Shown here: piece after piece, positions 1 to 11,873 of the stretch
How positions within the stretch are numbered: the stretch's first letter is position 1
How the letters are laid out: each line of letters starts with the position of its first letter
Assembly (NCBI GenBank): GCA_030390025.1
Contig: CM059432.1
Location: 51,958,001-52,022,000 of the forward strand
Length of the DNA: 64,000 nucleotides
Origin: Squalus acanthias
Taxonomy: Eukaryota
Direction of reading: 5' to 3'
Position numbers and translations under genes: made by a program
Notes under the pieces: generated by a model
The model's input: the letters and a program-made list of their open reading frames with translations, nothing else
Databases searched by the model: none
Told to the model about the DNA's origin: nothing

Positions 1-648
1 ATGGCATGTTGCCTTTATTGCAAGGGGGTTGGAGTACAAGAGTAAGGAAGTCTTACTACAATTGTACAGGGCTTTGATGAGACCACACCTGGAGTACTGT
101 GCACAATTTTGGTCTCCTTATCTGAGAAAGGACATACATGCCTTAGAGACGGTGCAACAAAGATTCACTAGATTGATCTCTGGGAAGATGAGGGTTGTCC
201 TATGAGGAGAGATCAAGTAGACTGGGCCTATACTCTCTGGAGTTTAGAAGAATGAGAGGTGATCTCATTGAAACATACAAGATTCTGAGGAGGATTGACA
301 GGGTAGATGCTGAGAAGTTGTTTCCCCTGGCTGGAGTGTCTAAAACTAGGGGGCATAGTCTCAGGATAAGGGGTCAGCCATTTCCGACTGAGATGAGGAG
401 GAATTTCTTCACTCAGAGGGTTGTGAATCTTGGGAATTCTCTACCCCAAAGGGCTGTGAAGGCTGAGTTGTTGAGTATATTCAAGACTGAGAGATAGATT
501 TTTGGACTCTAGGGGAATCAAGGGATATGGGGATCGGGCGGGAAAGTGGAGTTGAGGTTGAAGATCATCCATGAGCTTATTGAATGGCGGAGCAGGCTCA
601 AAGGGCCAAATGGCCTACTCCTGCTCCTAATTCTTATGTTCTTATATT
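1..648 (+). mobile_element. CR1 LINE 3' part (family A), running off the window start
   Basis: ORF2 C-terminal motifs (RPHLEYCAQFWSPYL; LYSLEFRRMRGDLIETYKI), followed by a 3' UTR ending in a (ttcttatg)n-type tail at ~630-648. Confidence 0.93.
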
Positions 649-875
649 CCGTGTCACACACAATCCCAACTTGGACATACATCGCCGTTCCTTAATCCTT
701 GCTTAGTCAAAATCCTGGAACTCCCTACCCAACAGCCTTGTGGTAGTACCTTCACCACATGGACTGCAGCAGTTCAAAAAGAAAGCCCAACACAACCTTG
801 TCAAAAGAAAATAGGATTGGGCAATAGATGCCGGCCTTGCTAGCAATGTCCACATCCAGACAATAAATAAAAAAA
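649..875 (+). mobile_element. 3' end of a second CR1-clade LINE family
   Basis: Colinear with 56900-57122 (caaaatcctggaactccctacc...accttcaccacatggactgcagc...gggcaata) and ends in an A-rich tail. Confidence 0.8.
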
Positions 876-977
876 GAGAACAGTCCCATTCTTAAACAAT
901 GACAGCACTAACTTCAATGCCTTTTGAAGCTACAATTTGCTCTTTCAGCAATAAATGGTGCAAGTATTTTACACTAT

Positions 978-1100
978 GGGGTAGATTTTTATCTTCATCC
1001 CCTGGGTGGTAATCTGGTAGACCGGATCACCCACCCATTATAGAATCCGTCCAATCTTCATTTCATTGATTTCAATGGAATGAAAATAGGGCGGGTTTTA
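978..1100. mobile_element. Fragment of a palindromic Harbinger-type MITE
   Basis: Starts with a ggggtagattt TIR-like end and has a central hairpin ttcatttcattgatttcaatggaatgaa. No right end found. Confidence 0.45.
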
Positions 1101-1312
1101 CATTTTCGTTCCATTGTCTCTTCTTGAATTGCTGCAGTCCATGTGGTAAAAGTACTCAGTGGTTTTATATAACTGAATGGCTTGCTAGACCAAGTCAGAG
1201 GGCAGTTAAGAGTCAAATTTTGGTGGCATGCGTGAACTCACAAATATTGTTTTGTGGAACAACAAAAATTATCCTTAAAAATAGGCTACATGCACTATGG
1301 TGAAAATGCAAA

Positions 1313-1540
1313 TTCACCCAGAGGGTGGTGGGGGTCTGGAACTCACTGCCTGAAAGGGTGGTAGAGGCAGAAACCCTCACCACATTTAAAAAGTACTTGG
1401 ATGTGCACTTGAAGTGCTGTAACCTAGGGGCTACAGACCAAGAGCTAGAAAGTGGGATTAGGCTGGATAGCTTTGTCGGCCGGCGCGGACACGATGGGCC
1501 GAAATAGCCTCCTTCCGTGCTGTAACTTTCTATGATTCTA
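1313..1540 (+). mobile_element. CR1 LINE 3' terminal fragment (family C)
   Basis: VVGVWNSLPERVVEAETL motif and ttctatgattcta tail; nearly colinear with 58374-58607. Confidence 0.9.
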
Positions 1541-1812
1541 AGCTGCAAGACAGAGGCACCCAACTGATCTTGAATTTCAAGGTGTATATAAGCTGTGTGG
1601 ACATCAAAGTGCAAGATGAGTTATAAGAGATTGTGACAAAATATGTATAAATACATAGAAAATGCTCTTTTAACCAAGTGTTTTGATATTTGTGTGAATG
1701 GATATGATTTGAAAATGAATCAAGGCATTCGAGATGTCATGTCAGATAATCTTCTCTAGGCTTCAATGTAAAAATAACCATGAGTGCACACTCCATCATG
1801 GTAAAACAGTAA

Positions 1813-2541
1813 GGGGGCGAAATCTCCAGTGGGAGGCGCTAAAGGGGCGCAAATGGCTTTTCGCCTCCTGCGAGGCTCTCGCTAAATTCCACAGGAGGTT
1901 AGCGGCAGCGCCACCGGGTATCGGCCCGATTTTTTGTGCCCGGAGATCATGACGTCATCTCCAGGCGCAGCGCCCCGGTAGCGCCTCAGGAGAAAAATTC
2001 CACCTCACGCCCCACAGCAGCGCCGGGCAATGTTACCGACTGCTGCAGGGGTCGCGAACAGTGAGGCCGGCCGGCCGCTCGCGGGGAGCCATTTAAAGGC
2101 GCGGTGGCCGGCCGACATGAAAAAAAATCGGCGATTTAAAAAAAAATAAATTCTGAGCACTGGATGCGGCTGAATGCCACGATCGTTCAGTCCAGCACTC
2201 AGTGCGGCTCTCCCACACCCCGGTGCTCCAACAGATGCAAAAAAAAATGCAACGCTCGCAGCGGGGAGTCCCTCCCTTTAATTGAGGGAAGAGCCCCTGC
2301 AACGTGGCAGCGCCACACATGGCCACACGTGGCGCTGCTGAGCACATCGCCCCGGATCGGGACATTCCCCGCCTCTTGCGTTCCAAGAGGCAAGTGGAGT
2401 GCTTGATTTAGCGCTCCACTTCCCTCTTGGAGCAAAAAGAGGGAATTTAACAAATGTTTGAAAAGGTTAGCGCCTGGCGCTAACTTTCCAAACATTTTTG
2501 ACTTAGCGCCCCAAATGGCCCTCTAGGGGAATTTCTCCCCT
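1813..2541. mobile_element. Non-autonomous PIF/Harbinger element (MITE)
   Basis: Ends gggggcgaaat / atttctcccct, flanks taa/tac, and GC-rich subterminal tagcgcc/ggcgcta motifs shared with 9892, 12693 and 27188. Confidence 0.75.
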
Positions 2542-3410
2542 TACGAGTCCTTCACTTCAGCAGGATATTGTAAAATATGATCTATACGCTATAAACACCT
2601 ACTCCTATAATGGCTGGCTGATAACTGTCTGGAGAGTGACTTCAAACCCACCCATAAAAACAAACCTTTTTGACAGCCTTTGTGAACCTGAAAGCATATT
2701 CCTGAAGGGTCTGCAATCTGGCTGTGTTGAGGCCAGAAAGTGACACCAAATGTATTGTTTTCTATTTAATTTGCAGAGCCCATGTTTGCCCACTGGAAAT
2801 GCATGTCATTTGTAAAAGAGTTGGAGATTTGGCACTATGGGTTTCTGCAACTGCAGTCACAAAACTGGTGCACACAGGCTATAACAGCAGGAAAATCAGC
2901 CCCTTTCTGTTTAACAACTTGAGTATTAAATAAATTACCCAATTCCAATTTTAAAAACTAGCTTGGTTAACAACTGATTGAAGATGCATAATTTTGGCTT
3001 CCATTCTCAACCTATTGATGGTATGTATAATTTATTGCACAATACCACTGTACCCTCCCCATGTCCTCCAGGGCCATTCAATCTTAAATCTGTCACCAAA
3101 ATGAATTAAGGGACTTTTGCTGTAATCCGTAACATTCCACTTTCATTTCACAACTCTATAAACATCTCTGAATGATAAGTCTGATATATTACACTTTGAA
3201 ACCTCGGAGAAGATAAATTTATCTTTCTTGGTCTGATAATTCTGCATACAATGATGAGAGCAAATATACATAAAATAATGAAATTAATTATTTTGCAATT
3301 TAGCATTTCCTAGGGCTTTTGTTGACCTTCATCTACTTATTTTAATTCTCTATTTTGTAGAGATAAACAGACACAAAAACTGTTCGTGTGTGTTATTGTT
3401 ATGATACTAT

Positions 3411-4182
3411 GGCCTGGAATTTGTGACGGGTAATAACAGCGAACGAACAGTGTTCGCTGCTATTATCCCTTTGAAACTGACCGCAACTTCAGGATGTAGC
3501 TCATGCGCATCCTAACACAGAAATCCTGAAGTTGCGGTCAGTCATTCACTGCTCTGACACTGGCTGCGCTGTGGCCCCCCCAGTTGGCAATCAGTGCAAT
3601 CAGGGAAATCAGTGAAACTGAAGGAAAACCTGGGCTTTTCCGTGGTAATATTGCTGTTAAATACCCCTTTAAAAGTTAGACCTTGTTGGATTAGGTGTAA
3701 CTGGGGTTTTAATAGCGCACTGACTGCTAAACAAATGTTATGGCCCTGAAAAACTAATTTTAATTTTGTGGAATGTCAAATTTCTCCATTATGATAAAAA
3801 TTATAACTTTTAAGAAACTTTCAAAAAGAATTATGTTATTTAAAAGTTTGTTCGCATTTATTTCAGGTTGACCTTTGCCCCATGTGAAATCCCCAATTTT
3901 TGTTTTGCTCTCTATAACATTTTTGAAAAGTCAGAATAAAAGCACTTTTTCACTTCCTGGTTTCCTGTCTCTGAGAATTCTGCATTGTGATTGGCTGCTT
4001 GGACAGCTTGTCGCTGTCACAGCAGTTTGCGCTACAGAATTCCCACTACACTGCACTGATCGCAACTGAACGTCAGAAAAGCTGAATTTCTCACCACAGA
4101 GATCGCAAGATCTTTGTGGGACTCTTTCTTCAGGGCCAGCAGCGAACGCCTTTGCTTCGCCGCTGACAGCAAATTTCCGGCC
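3411..4182. mobile_element. Non-autonomous DNA transposon with Harbinger-type TIRs
   Basis: TIR ggcctggaatttg / caaatttccggcc, internal hairpins (gcgaac...gttcgc; accgcaacttcagga...tcctgaagttgcggt) and an AT-rich core. TSD imperfect. Confidence 0.7.
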
Positions 4183-4530
4183 ATTGTGCCCACACAACAG
4201 CGGGTATTCTAAAATTATGAGCAAAGATACTTTGCCCCTCCTAATCCCTAGCCCAATCCATTACAACTGCTCTGCCTTCCTACTCTCCTGCCACCATTCC
4301 AGACTTGAATCTTCCTTGGATAAGCCGACAGCTACTTTCTGTGCCTCTCTCAGCATTCTCTGAAAGGCCCTTCAAGGCACCTGTCACTGCCTTCTTATGA
4401 GCAGCAACCCCAATTGCTTCATCCTCCTCTCTTGCCAACCTTCCCACCCAGCGTGCCCACTGGGGGCTAATGTCTCCAATCGCATTCCCCATCCTGCTCA
4501 TCTGACCAACCCCTGCCCCATTGGACTTTG

Positions 4531-4846
4531 ATGCGGAGATGCCGGTGTTGGACTGCGGTGGACAAAATTGAGAGGTCGCACAACACCAGGTTATAGTCCA
4601 ACAGTTTTATTTGAAATCACAAGCTTTCGGAGCTATCAATTGCTCCTTCCTCAGGTGAAGTAAATTAGATACAGAATCGCCAAAGCATATATAGATAGAG
4701 AACAAAGCATGTGTACCTTACAATTGCAGACCACTAAATTAAATCATCCTGACTATCTGCCGAGGTGTGATAAAGTTAATCAAGTCAGCCAGGAAGGTAC
4801 CACATCAAAGACATAGCAAGATACAACTGAGACAATGAGGTGTAGG
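4531..4846 (-). mobile_element. Penelope-like element terminal-repeat (pLTR) insertion
   Basis: Bounded by 12-bp TSD cattggactttg (4519-4530, 4847-4858). Minus strand reads hammerhead core, then aataaa, then ctgttggactataacctggtgttg, typical of vertebrate PLE ends. Confidence 0.8.
4617..4658 (-). ncRNA. Minimal type I hammerhead ribozyme motif
   Basis: Minus strand: tcac CTGAGGA a ggagc aattgata gctcc GAAA gc TT gtga. Stem I tcac/gtga, stem II ggagc/gctcc, palindromic AAGCTT stem III. Confidence 0.78.
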
Positions 4847-6139
4847 CATTGGACTTTGCCAGTGGACCAACAAACATCGCTCCTCTCTGCATTTCCCTCC
4901 AGAATGTCCATTTACTTTCAAACAAGGTCTTTGGCATCCACTGCATTCTTGTGGATGATTGCATTGACATCGTGCCTTTACCGGAAACTTGGCTCACTTG
5001 TGATGACACCTTTCCCCTTACTGAAGCCTCTCCACCTGGCTATATTTTCCACCACCTGCCCCGCCCAAACCTGCGAAGTGGTGTTATCATCCTTATCACC
5101 AAATTGCACCTGCTTCCTCCCCGTACTCCTCTGGCATCTTCTCCTCCTTCGAGCACCTCACCTATTTCCACCCCTCTCACATCTCCTTTAAAATTCCACC
5201 AAGGCCAAACCAGAGGGTCCCCCACTGCTTTCCTCCCTCAGCCTCTGCACTGAGCGACTCGTCCTCCATTATTTCAATCTCCATCTCAACTCACCTCTCT
5301 GCTCTGATTTCAATGACCTCCTCCCCTCCAATAACCTCTCCCTCCATATAAACTTCCCTACCCAAATTTGCGGCCACCTCTTCAACCTTGCTATGTCATG
5401 TGATCTCATTATATCGATCACAGCCAAGGCCAACTCTGACCACATCCTTGGATCCCTCATCACCCACATTCTCCTACCCACTTCCAACCCCACTTTCTTT
5501 TGCATCTACCACTGGAATAAACTCTCCCCAAGTCACTTTCAAACTCCCAACTGTCGAACTTTTGGCCCGCCATTCGTGACAATACTCCTGTCAATTTCCT
5601 CAATCATTCCCTTACTTACATCTTTGATGCCCTTGTCCCCAATAAAGCTCTTACTCATTCCCACCCTGGTCATTCACCTGATATGGCCCCCATCTTCTTT
5701 CCCTCAAGTCCAAGGGGTGCGGACTTGAGCATATCTGGTGCACAACAGGTACAGCCATTCATTGTCAGATCTGGCTGGATCACATCAGGCACTATCGGGC
5801 TTTGCTCTTCTTTGCCAAAACTGCTCACTGCTACAGGATAACCCTGGAGAGCAAAAATGACCCCCAGCTTCATTCCTCCACTACCAACTGTCTCCTTAAA
5901 CCCCTCTCCTTTATTCCATCCTCACCTCCAACAACAAATGTAAGGAACTCACAGACTTCATCGTCACTAAGATTGAGACCATCCGTTTAGCTGCCTGTTG
6001 CACGCCCCATTCCCCACTAAGCCAAACCTCCTTCGAGATTCCCCTCTGTCCTAGTCCTGACCCCACAACTTTCTTTAGTTTTTCTCCTATCTCCCTTGAT
6101 GCCCTCTCCGAGCTTATCTTCTTCGAGACCCATTGCATG

Positions 6140-6840
6140 TGTAAGATTAGGATCACAGGTCACACACAGATTACCCAAAGGGTCTTAGGAGTTATAAGGC
6201 TTTTTATTCAAGAGCTACAGTTTAATCGTAATCAGATATTACATGTGGTTAAGCTAAGTAAATAGACATACAACCCGTGACTGTAGAGAGCGATCTACGA
6301 CTCCCGGAACGGAACGAAACAACCGGATGGACGGTTGTTGGAGGTGTTAGGCCGTCAGCCACCTCAGAGGCTAAACTTAGCCAAGGTGTTAGGCCTTAGC
6401 CACCTCGGGGAAGCCTTCACCCCTAACTGCCTGATTTCCTCTCTCGGTCGTCTATATTTATAGTTATTTTGCTGGGCTGGTGATTACCTGGTGTCAATCA
6501 TTTGTTCCCCATCCTATTGTCCAATTACAAGTGAGAGGCTACCTATTACAGCCCCTTCCCAGCCTCATGAGATCATTTACCTCCTTATCTCTGTTGTAAA
6601 TGTCTTGTTGTCCTCTCATAGACAGTTTGTTTATCCTATAGCTCCTTGCTGCATCCCTTATCAGCCCTAGTTATGCCCACTCGAAGGCCTGTTTTTGTGT
6701 TCTGACCTCGTAATTCAGCTCTCTGTACAGCTATTTTTCTGGCAGTGACTGGAATCTTTCTGTGTCATCAAATTAGGCAAACTACTGATCTAGGGAACCC
6801 GTAACAGATTATTATTTCTTTCAATCCACGATTTCTTACA
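6140..6840 (-). repeat. 3' LTR of the retrovirus-like element
   Basis: Direct repeat of 11172-11873, with roughly 35-40 differences counted by eye. Minus-strand TATA-like ctataaatatag near 6452-6463 and AATAAA at 6203-6208. Confidence 0.95.
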
Positions 6841-6852
6841 TCTCCCCACCTT
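6841..6852 (-). other. Polypurine tract
   Basis: Minus strand aaggtggggaga directly abuts the tgtaaga start of the 3' LTR. Confidence 0.85.
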
Positions 6853-7176
6853 GAGAAGGAAATATCCTTATTGACTTCTCACAATCGGCTCTTGACTAAT
6901 CTAGCTAGTTCTTATTGCTCTCTCAACTTGGGCGTTATTCAGTAGAGAGTCTCGAAAATGAAGATTTCCCCCTCTCTTACAGTCCATTCCTTTGAAGGGG
7001 AGGAGCAACCTCTGACCCCTTACTCAAATTCAATTCACTGTTCCAGCGTTCCAATTCTGCCCCGCCTGGGGTATCCTCTGTTTCTTCTATCTTTCCTGAT
7101 CTTACCCCGCCTGGGGTCTCCTCTGTGTTGCTTTGATCTTCTCTTTCAGTGTGCTCAATTAATTTGTTGGTGCTGG

Positions 7177-8380
7177 TTAGTCATAGGCATGAGTACACAA
7201 TTGGCTTGTGCATCGAAGTCTTACTACATGGGTTACATATATCAAATACACTATCATTACAAGTTGGAGAACTACCAGAGCGTGTGAAATAATACAAACC
7301 TAAGGGTGTGCTGATGTATTAAGCCCAATTTCCCACCAGTATGAGTTGTCCCCTATGCTGTCAATTTCAATATCTATTCTCGAGTTGTCTTGCTCCAAAA
7401 CATAAAAATGCTTTAGGGAGGAGTTCAGTCGCATCACGAGCTCACTGAAACCCTCAGACAACAGGGGAATGTCATACCCGAATTGTGCCACATAATTGTG
7501 CAGCTCATACTTAAGTATCTCATTTACTGTCAGTTTCACTTGAGCATAGGTTTTGATAGTGAGTAAAACGTGTTGATTGATGGGACAGGTCCTGTTAGAC
7601 CCGTAAAGCATGGTAGTTGCAGTAGTAGTGACACAGGAGGCACCACCAAAACCACCTCATACTGGATTCGTACTGGTTTTTCCCACGCTCTGTTACCTAC
7701 AAAACACAATTATTACAGTCACTGTTAAATTCAGTCTTACAATCATTTCAAGCGACATTACAGTTTAACATCTAATCAACAAATCATAGACTTAAAAGAT
7801 TCGCCAGATCTCTCTTACTCGTATCCATCTTGTGGATAATTCTTGCTAAGCATGATTTCTCCTTAGCTCTCAATTGTCCCAATCCAAATTCCGTGTAACT
7901 CTCCACTTCAACTTCAATTTCAATCCCTCTAACAGGTACCAGTGTGTTTAACTCTATTCTGATTGTTTCATTAATTAGATAGTTTCTCGATGGAGTATGT
8001 GTCAATGCTTTAAAAGTTATCTCACACTCCTGAGCCACATTAACCATTTCATGTCATGCTGTTGTCAAGTAACTGAGCATGTCTGAGACCCATTCTTCAG
8101 TGCAAATTCACCATGCATTTCCCGATGGTAATTGCTTCATACGTAACAAATCACATTTGCACACTCACATCTCAATATCATGCCGCACGTGCCATCCGAT
8201 AGAAGCCATTTTCAGGCTTTCAGGTATCCTATCAAAAGATTGTAGTCGTCTGGAGATCTTTGCTCATCTTCCTCTGCATGGTCCCGATGCCTCGGGTAGT
8301 GGCCAGGCTATCAAATTCAGTTTTCTTAAAAAGTTCATTATAGGCAGGGACACAAATGTCGCCAAGAGAAAGCTATCAAT
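7177..8380 (-). pseudogene. Decayed, internally deleted envelope-like glycoprotein gene
   Basis: One frame with several stops from ~8380 to ~7650: hydrophobic N-terminus FLLATFVSLPIMNF, furin-like TSKR/DLANLL, Cys-rich DCKTEFNSDCNNCVL. After a frameshift: GGASCVTTTATTMLYGSNRTCPI...SYWWEIGLNTSAHP*VCIISHALVVLQLVMIVYLIYV (Trp-rich membrane-proximal region plus TM helix). Lies just upstream of the PPT. Confidence 0.68.
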
Positions 8381-9891
8381 TTACTATTTGTAGCTACACG
8401 TTCCTGACTTTCACTAGAAAGTTTGGAAAATACCCATTTGGTGGTGTAATTTTCCTGTTTCTATCTTACACCCTCAATCACTTCAACTCTCCATTTTACG
8501 CACCCCATTAATTACTATTCATATCTCATTCATGAGCCCTGGAGGAACTTTACTGTCCAGTACAGTATTGATTATTAACACTTTTTATTTCTCATTATTT
8601 TAGAGGATCTTTTATTTTCTCAAAAGTAACCCAATATATAGTGCCTGAGTCCATTTTGTTATTTCAAAATTATCCCAAAATCCAAACAGCAGTATTGTTG
8701 GACTGACCGGTTTTGTCAATGTTCAATTTCATTTCTATCAATTTATCTTATCAATTCCAATTTCAGAAACAAGTGATTCCCAGGCTAGGAGGTTTACATG
8801 GTGTCTTAACATTAGAGAAAGAAGTGCTGCAATTAGTTTACAAGGTAACTTCCATATAACAAAAGAAAGCAGAGAATTAATTGTGGCTCTGCTTAAGAGC
8901 CCAAGGGGTTAATTTATCAAATCATAATTTTCCTTCTGTAACTGTGGGGAAATATTAACTTAAAATTAAGAAACTTAAATTTAATAATGTCCAATATCTT
9001 TAAATTTCATTCAGTAATACTAAAGGTGTTGCTTGGTGAACTTAAACAGCTGTCAGTGGAAAGGGTTAACTCCTTTGCAAGTTTTTAGAAGGTGGAGCGA
9101 AACATTGTCAGGTGCACGGAATTGCGTCACTTCACGTAAATTAAAAAAAACTTTCCTGATCGAAAAAGACAGTTGTGTTTTCACAATTTAATAGGTTAGT
9201 TACCTTTAACAATTCCAATCTAATTCAGACCAATACTGTATTAACGAAACACAGAACAGATAAAACAAAACAAAATAGCGCATGCTTGCAGAAAACAGTA
9301 AATTACATCATATTTCTTATTGTCCTTTCTTCAGATGTGTTTTCAAATGACTGTAAAAATATTGAATACAACTGGAGAAAAATTATTTTTCACATTTAAA
9401 CAAATCAAATCAAACTGCTTTGGAAAATTTCACCATAGCAACCATAACTCCAAGGTTAAATCTTAGACTGAAACTTAGTGTTTTGTTAAACAAACTTTTT
9501 GTTGTTCTTCTCAGTTTTTACACACCAGCTTAACTTAAATTGTAGTTCAAAGTTTTTTTTTCCAATTCTGGGTGCACAATCTTATTCGCACATTCTTAAA
9601 ACTTCCAAAATCCAAGACAAGTCAAAAGGGTTAAACGGCTTTTAACACAGAGAAGTGGGTGGAGCTAAAACACACATAACAGACATGTTTTGTTTTAAAG
9701 ACAGACTTTCAGAGAAAAGGAATACTGTAACTTCTTAAACATTCATAGTCAGGAAACCTTTCACACTTTAACACACACTTTCACACAAACTGAGATTTCA
9801 GCATTTTTTAAGGTTCCTTTCACTCAGCAAATCTTGTGTTTTATTTGTCTTGGCACAGACGTTAATAACTTCCATGTCGGTAAAACTTTAA

Positions 9892-10785
9892 GGGGGAGAA
9901 ATTTGGTATCGCCCCGTTTGGGGCGCAATTATCGGCCGGGCGCAAAGTTTAGCGCCTGGCGCTAATTATCGCCTCCGACTGCAAACTTGGCTTCTATCGC
10001 CCCTGGAGGTGATTGGAGCGCTAAATCAGGCACTGCACACCTCTCTTAAGGCGCTAACGCTGAGGAGCAAGGTGCTACCTCAGAACGCTGGCGAAGCTCA
10101 TGTGATGTCAGTCTGCAATGGAACACAGACACACTGACGCCAGCCAGTTCTTAAAGGGGAGGGTCGATCTTGCTCTCCATCCAAACCCTGCTCATTGCAG
10201 CCTTGAATCTCAGCCTGGAGAGACCTGTACATCAAAGCTGCTGGAAAGAACAATGGAGAGACCCAGGGAAAGAGCTCAGAGTGCAGCCCCCCTAGTCTCT
10301 TCTAAATCGATGCAAGGAAGATCAAATCAAAATGAACCTGCAAAGTGCTGCTCAGTACCCAAAACTCCTCAACACAGCATTGAATATCTCCAGAAGTCTC
10401 TCTCTCTCACTCAGAATGCATGGTGCAAAAATGTCGCCGACAATAAAAGGCAGGAAGCAGGTCGCCTTTAAATAGCGCTCCCCCAGTCCCTTCCCGACTG
10501 CAAAACGCTCCCCTCAACCTGTCGTTGCTAGCGGCAGGCGGTAAGGCAGGGGGCGCCACTCAATATCCGGTCCGGGGCGCTACCAGGGCGTTGCATGCTC
10601 GACTGACGTCACAATCTGCGGGCACAGGAGATCGTGGCGGTAGTGTTTAGCGCCTGCCGCAAAATGTCTGGTCAATTTCGCGAGCGGTGCAAACATCGCC
10701 GCGCCCGAGCGCTAGTTGCTTTGCGCCCCATTAGCGCCCTCTTAAGGCGCTAACGGGAGGTGTAAGCCAACCGAATTTTTCCCCC
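9892..10785. mobile_element. Harbinger MITE nested in the retrovirus-like element
   Basis: TIR gggggagaaatt / aatttttccccc and exact TSD taa (9889-9891, 10786-10788); colinear with 12693-13585. Confidence 0.92.
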
Positions 10786-10899
10786 TAAGTTTCTCTTTTT
10801 TTCCCCCTTTTTTAAATTGGTGTTTCAGCAGCTTTTCCTGGCTTACCAAATCCCTGTTTTTTCACTTTCTTTGCTGAGTTTTCAGATTGGTTAGCCTGC

Positions 10900-11060
10900 A
10901 ATTTAGATTTTTTCCTTTTCTATCTCCCCCCTCTCTCTCCTGCACTTTATGCTTCATCTCCTTCAGACTATCTATCAACTGTTCCCTGTGATATGCCAAC
11001 GCCATTGTATTTCTGGTTTTACCTTTACCACACTCTCTTTCCTGCTCCCTTCTTTCAGAG
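10900..11060 (-). pseudogene. Possible gag N-terminal coiled-coil remnant
   Basis: RREQERECGKGKTRNTMALAYHREQLIDSLKEMKHKVQEREGEIEKEKI* about 100 nt after the PBS. Supported by position and composition only. Confidence 0.3.
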
Positions 11061-11152
11061 GGAAAAAATACTCAGTCTAAGCAAGGATCACGTGCGTTTG
11101 TCCAAGTTCCTCCGGTCCCCACAACCGGAGGCATACAACTCCCAACTCTGTG

Positions 11153-11170
11153 ATCCCACTTCTGACACCA
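11153..11170 (-). other. Primer binding site, tRNA-Leu (CAA/CAG type)
   Basis: Minus strand TGGTGTCAGAAGTGGGAT, 1 nt from the 5' LTR; complementary to the vertebrate tRNA-Leu 3' end AUCCCACUUCUGACACCA. Confidence 0.9.
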
Positions 11171-11171
11171 C

Positions 11172-11873
11172 TGTAAGATTAGGATCACAGGTCACACACA
11201 GATTACCCAAAGGGTCTTAGGAGTTGTAAGGCTTTTTATTAAAGAGCTACAGTTTAAAGCATAATCAGATATTACATGTGGTTAAGCTAAGTATAATAGA
11301 CATACAACCCATGACTGTAGAGAGCGATCTACGACTCCCGGAACGGAACGAAACAACCGGATGGACGGTTGCTGGAGGTGTTAGGCCGTCAGCCACCTCA
11401 GAGGCTAAACTTGGCCAAGGAGTTAGGCCGTAGCCACCTCGGGGAAGCCTTCGCCCCTAACTGCCTGATTTCCTCTCTCGGTCATCTATATTTATAGTTA
11501 TTTCGGATGGGCTGGTGATTACCTGGTGTCAATCATTTGTTCCCCATCCTATTGTCCAATTGCAAGGGAGAGGCTACCTATGACAGCCCCCTCCCAGCCT
11601 CATGATGTCATTTTCCTCCTTATCTCTGTTCTAAATGTCTTGTTGCCCTCTCGTAGACAGCTTGTTTATCCTACAGCTCCTTGCTGCATCCCTTATCAGC
11701 CCTATTATGCCCACTCGAAGGCCTGTTTTTGTGTTCTGACCTCGTAATTCAGCTCTCTGTACAGCTATTTTTCTGACATGACTGGAATCTTTCTGTGTCA
11801 TCAACTTAGGCAAAATGCTGATCTAGGGAACCCGTAACAGACTATTATTTCTTTCAATCCACGATTTCTTACA
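11172..11873 (-). repeat. 5' LTR of the retrovirus-like element
   Basis: Direct repeat of 6140-6840 with TG...CA ends; adjacent to the PBS. Confidence 0.95.

Larger units (their letters stand above)
4260..6139 (+). mobile_element. L2 LINE, 5' and endonuclease part (interrupted at 4531-4846, continues at 11874)
   Basis: APE-like ISLQNVHLLSNK...IDIVPLPETWL. The sequence ...gagacccattgcatg joins catgctctcttgaccccattcccact (SLDPIP motif) across the LTR element. Left boundary approximate. Confidence 0.8.
6140..11873 (-). mobile_element. Defective endogenous retrovirus-like LTR element with env-like remnant and no recognisable pol
   Basis: Two ~701-bp LTRs (tgtaaga...tcttaca), 4-bp TSD catg (6136-6139, 11874-11877), and a tRNA-Leu PBS and PPT on the minus strand. 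Inserted in an L2. Confidence 0.92.

Noticed and set aside
8400..8700. Protease remnant (MDSGTIYW) in the retrovirus-like element
   Set aside because: Only a three-residue DSG match among many stops; not enough support.
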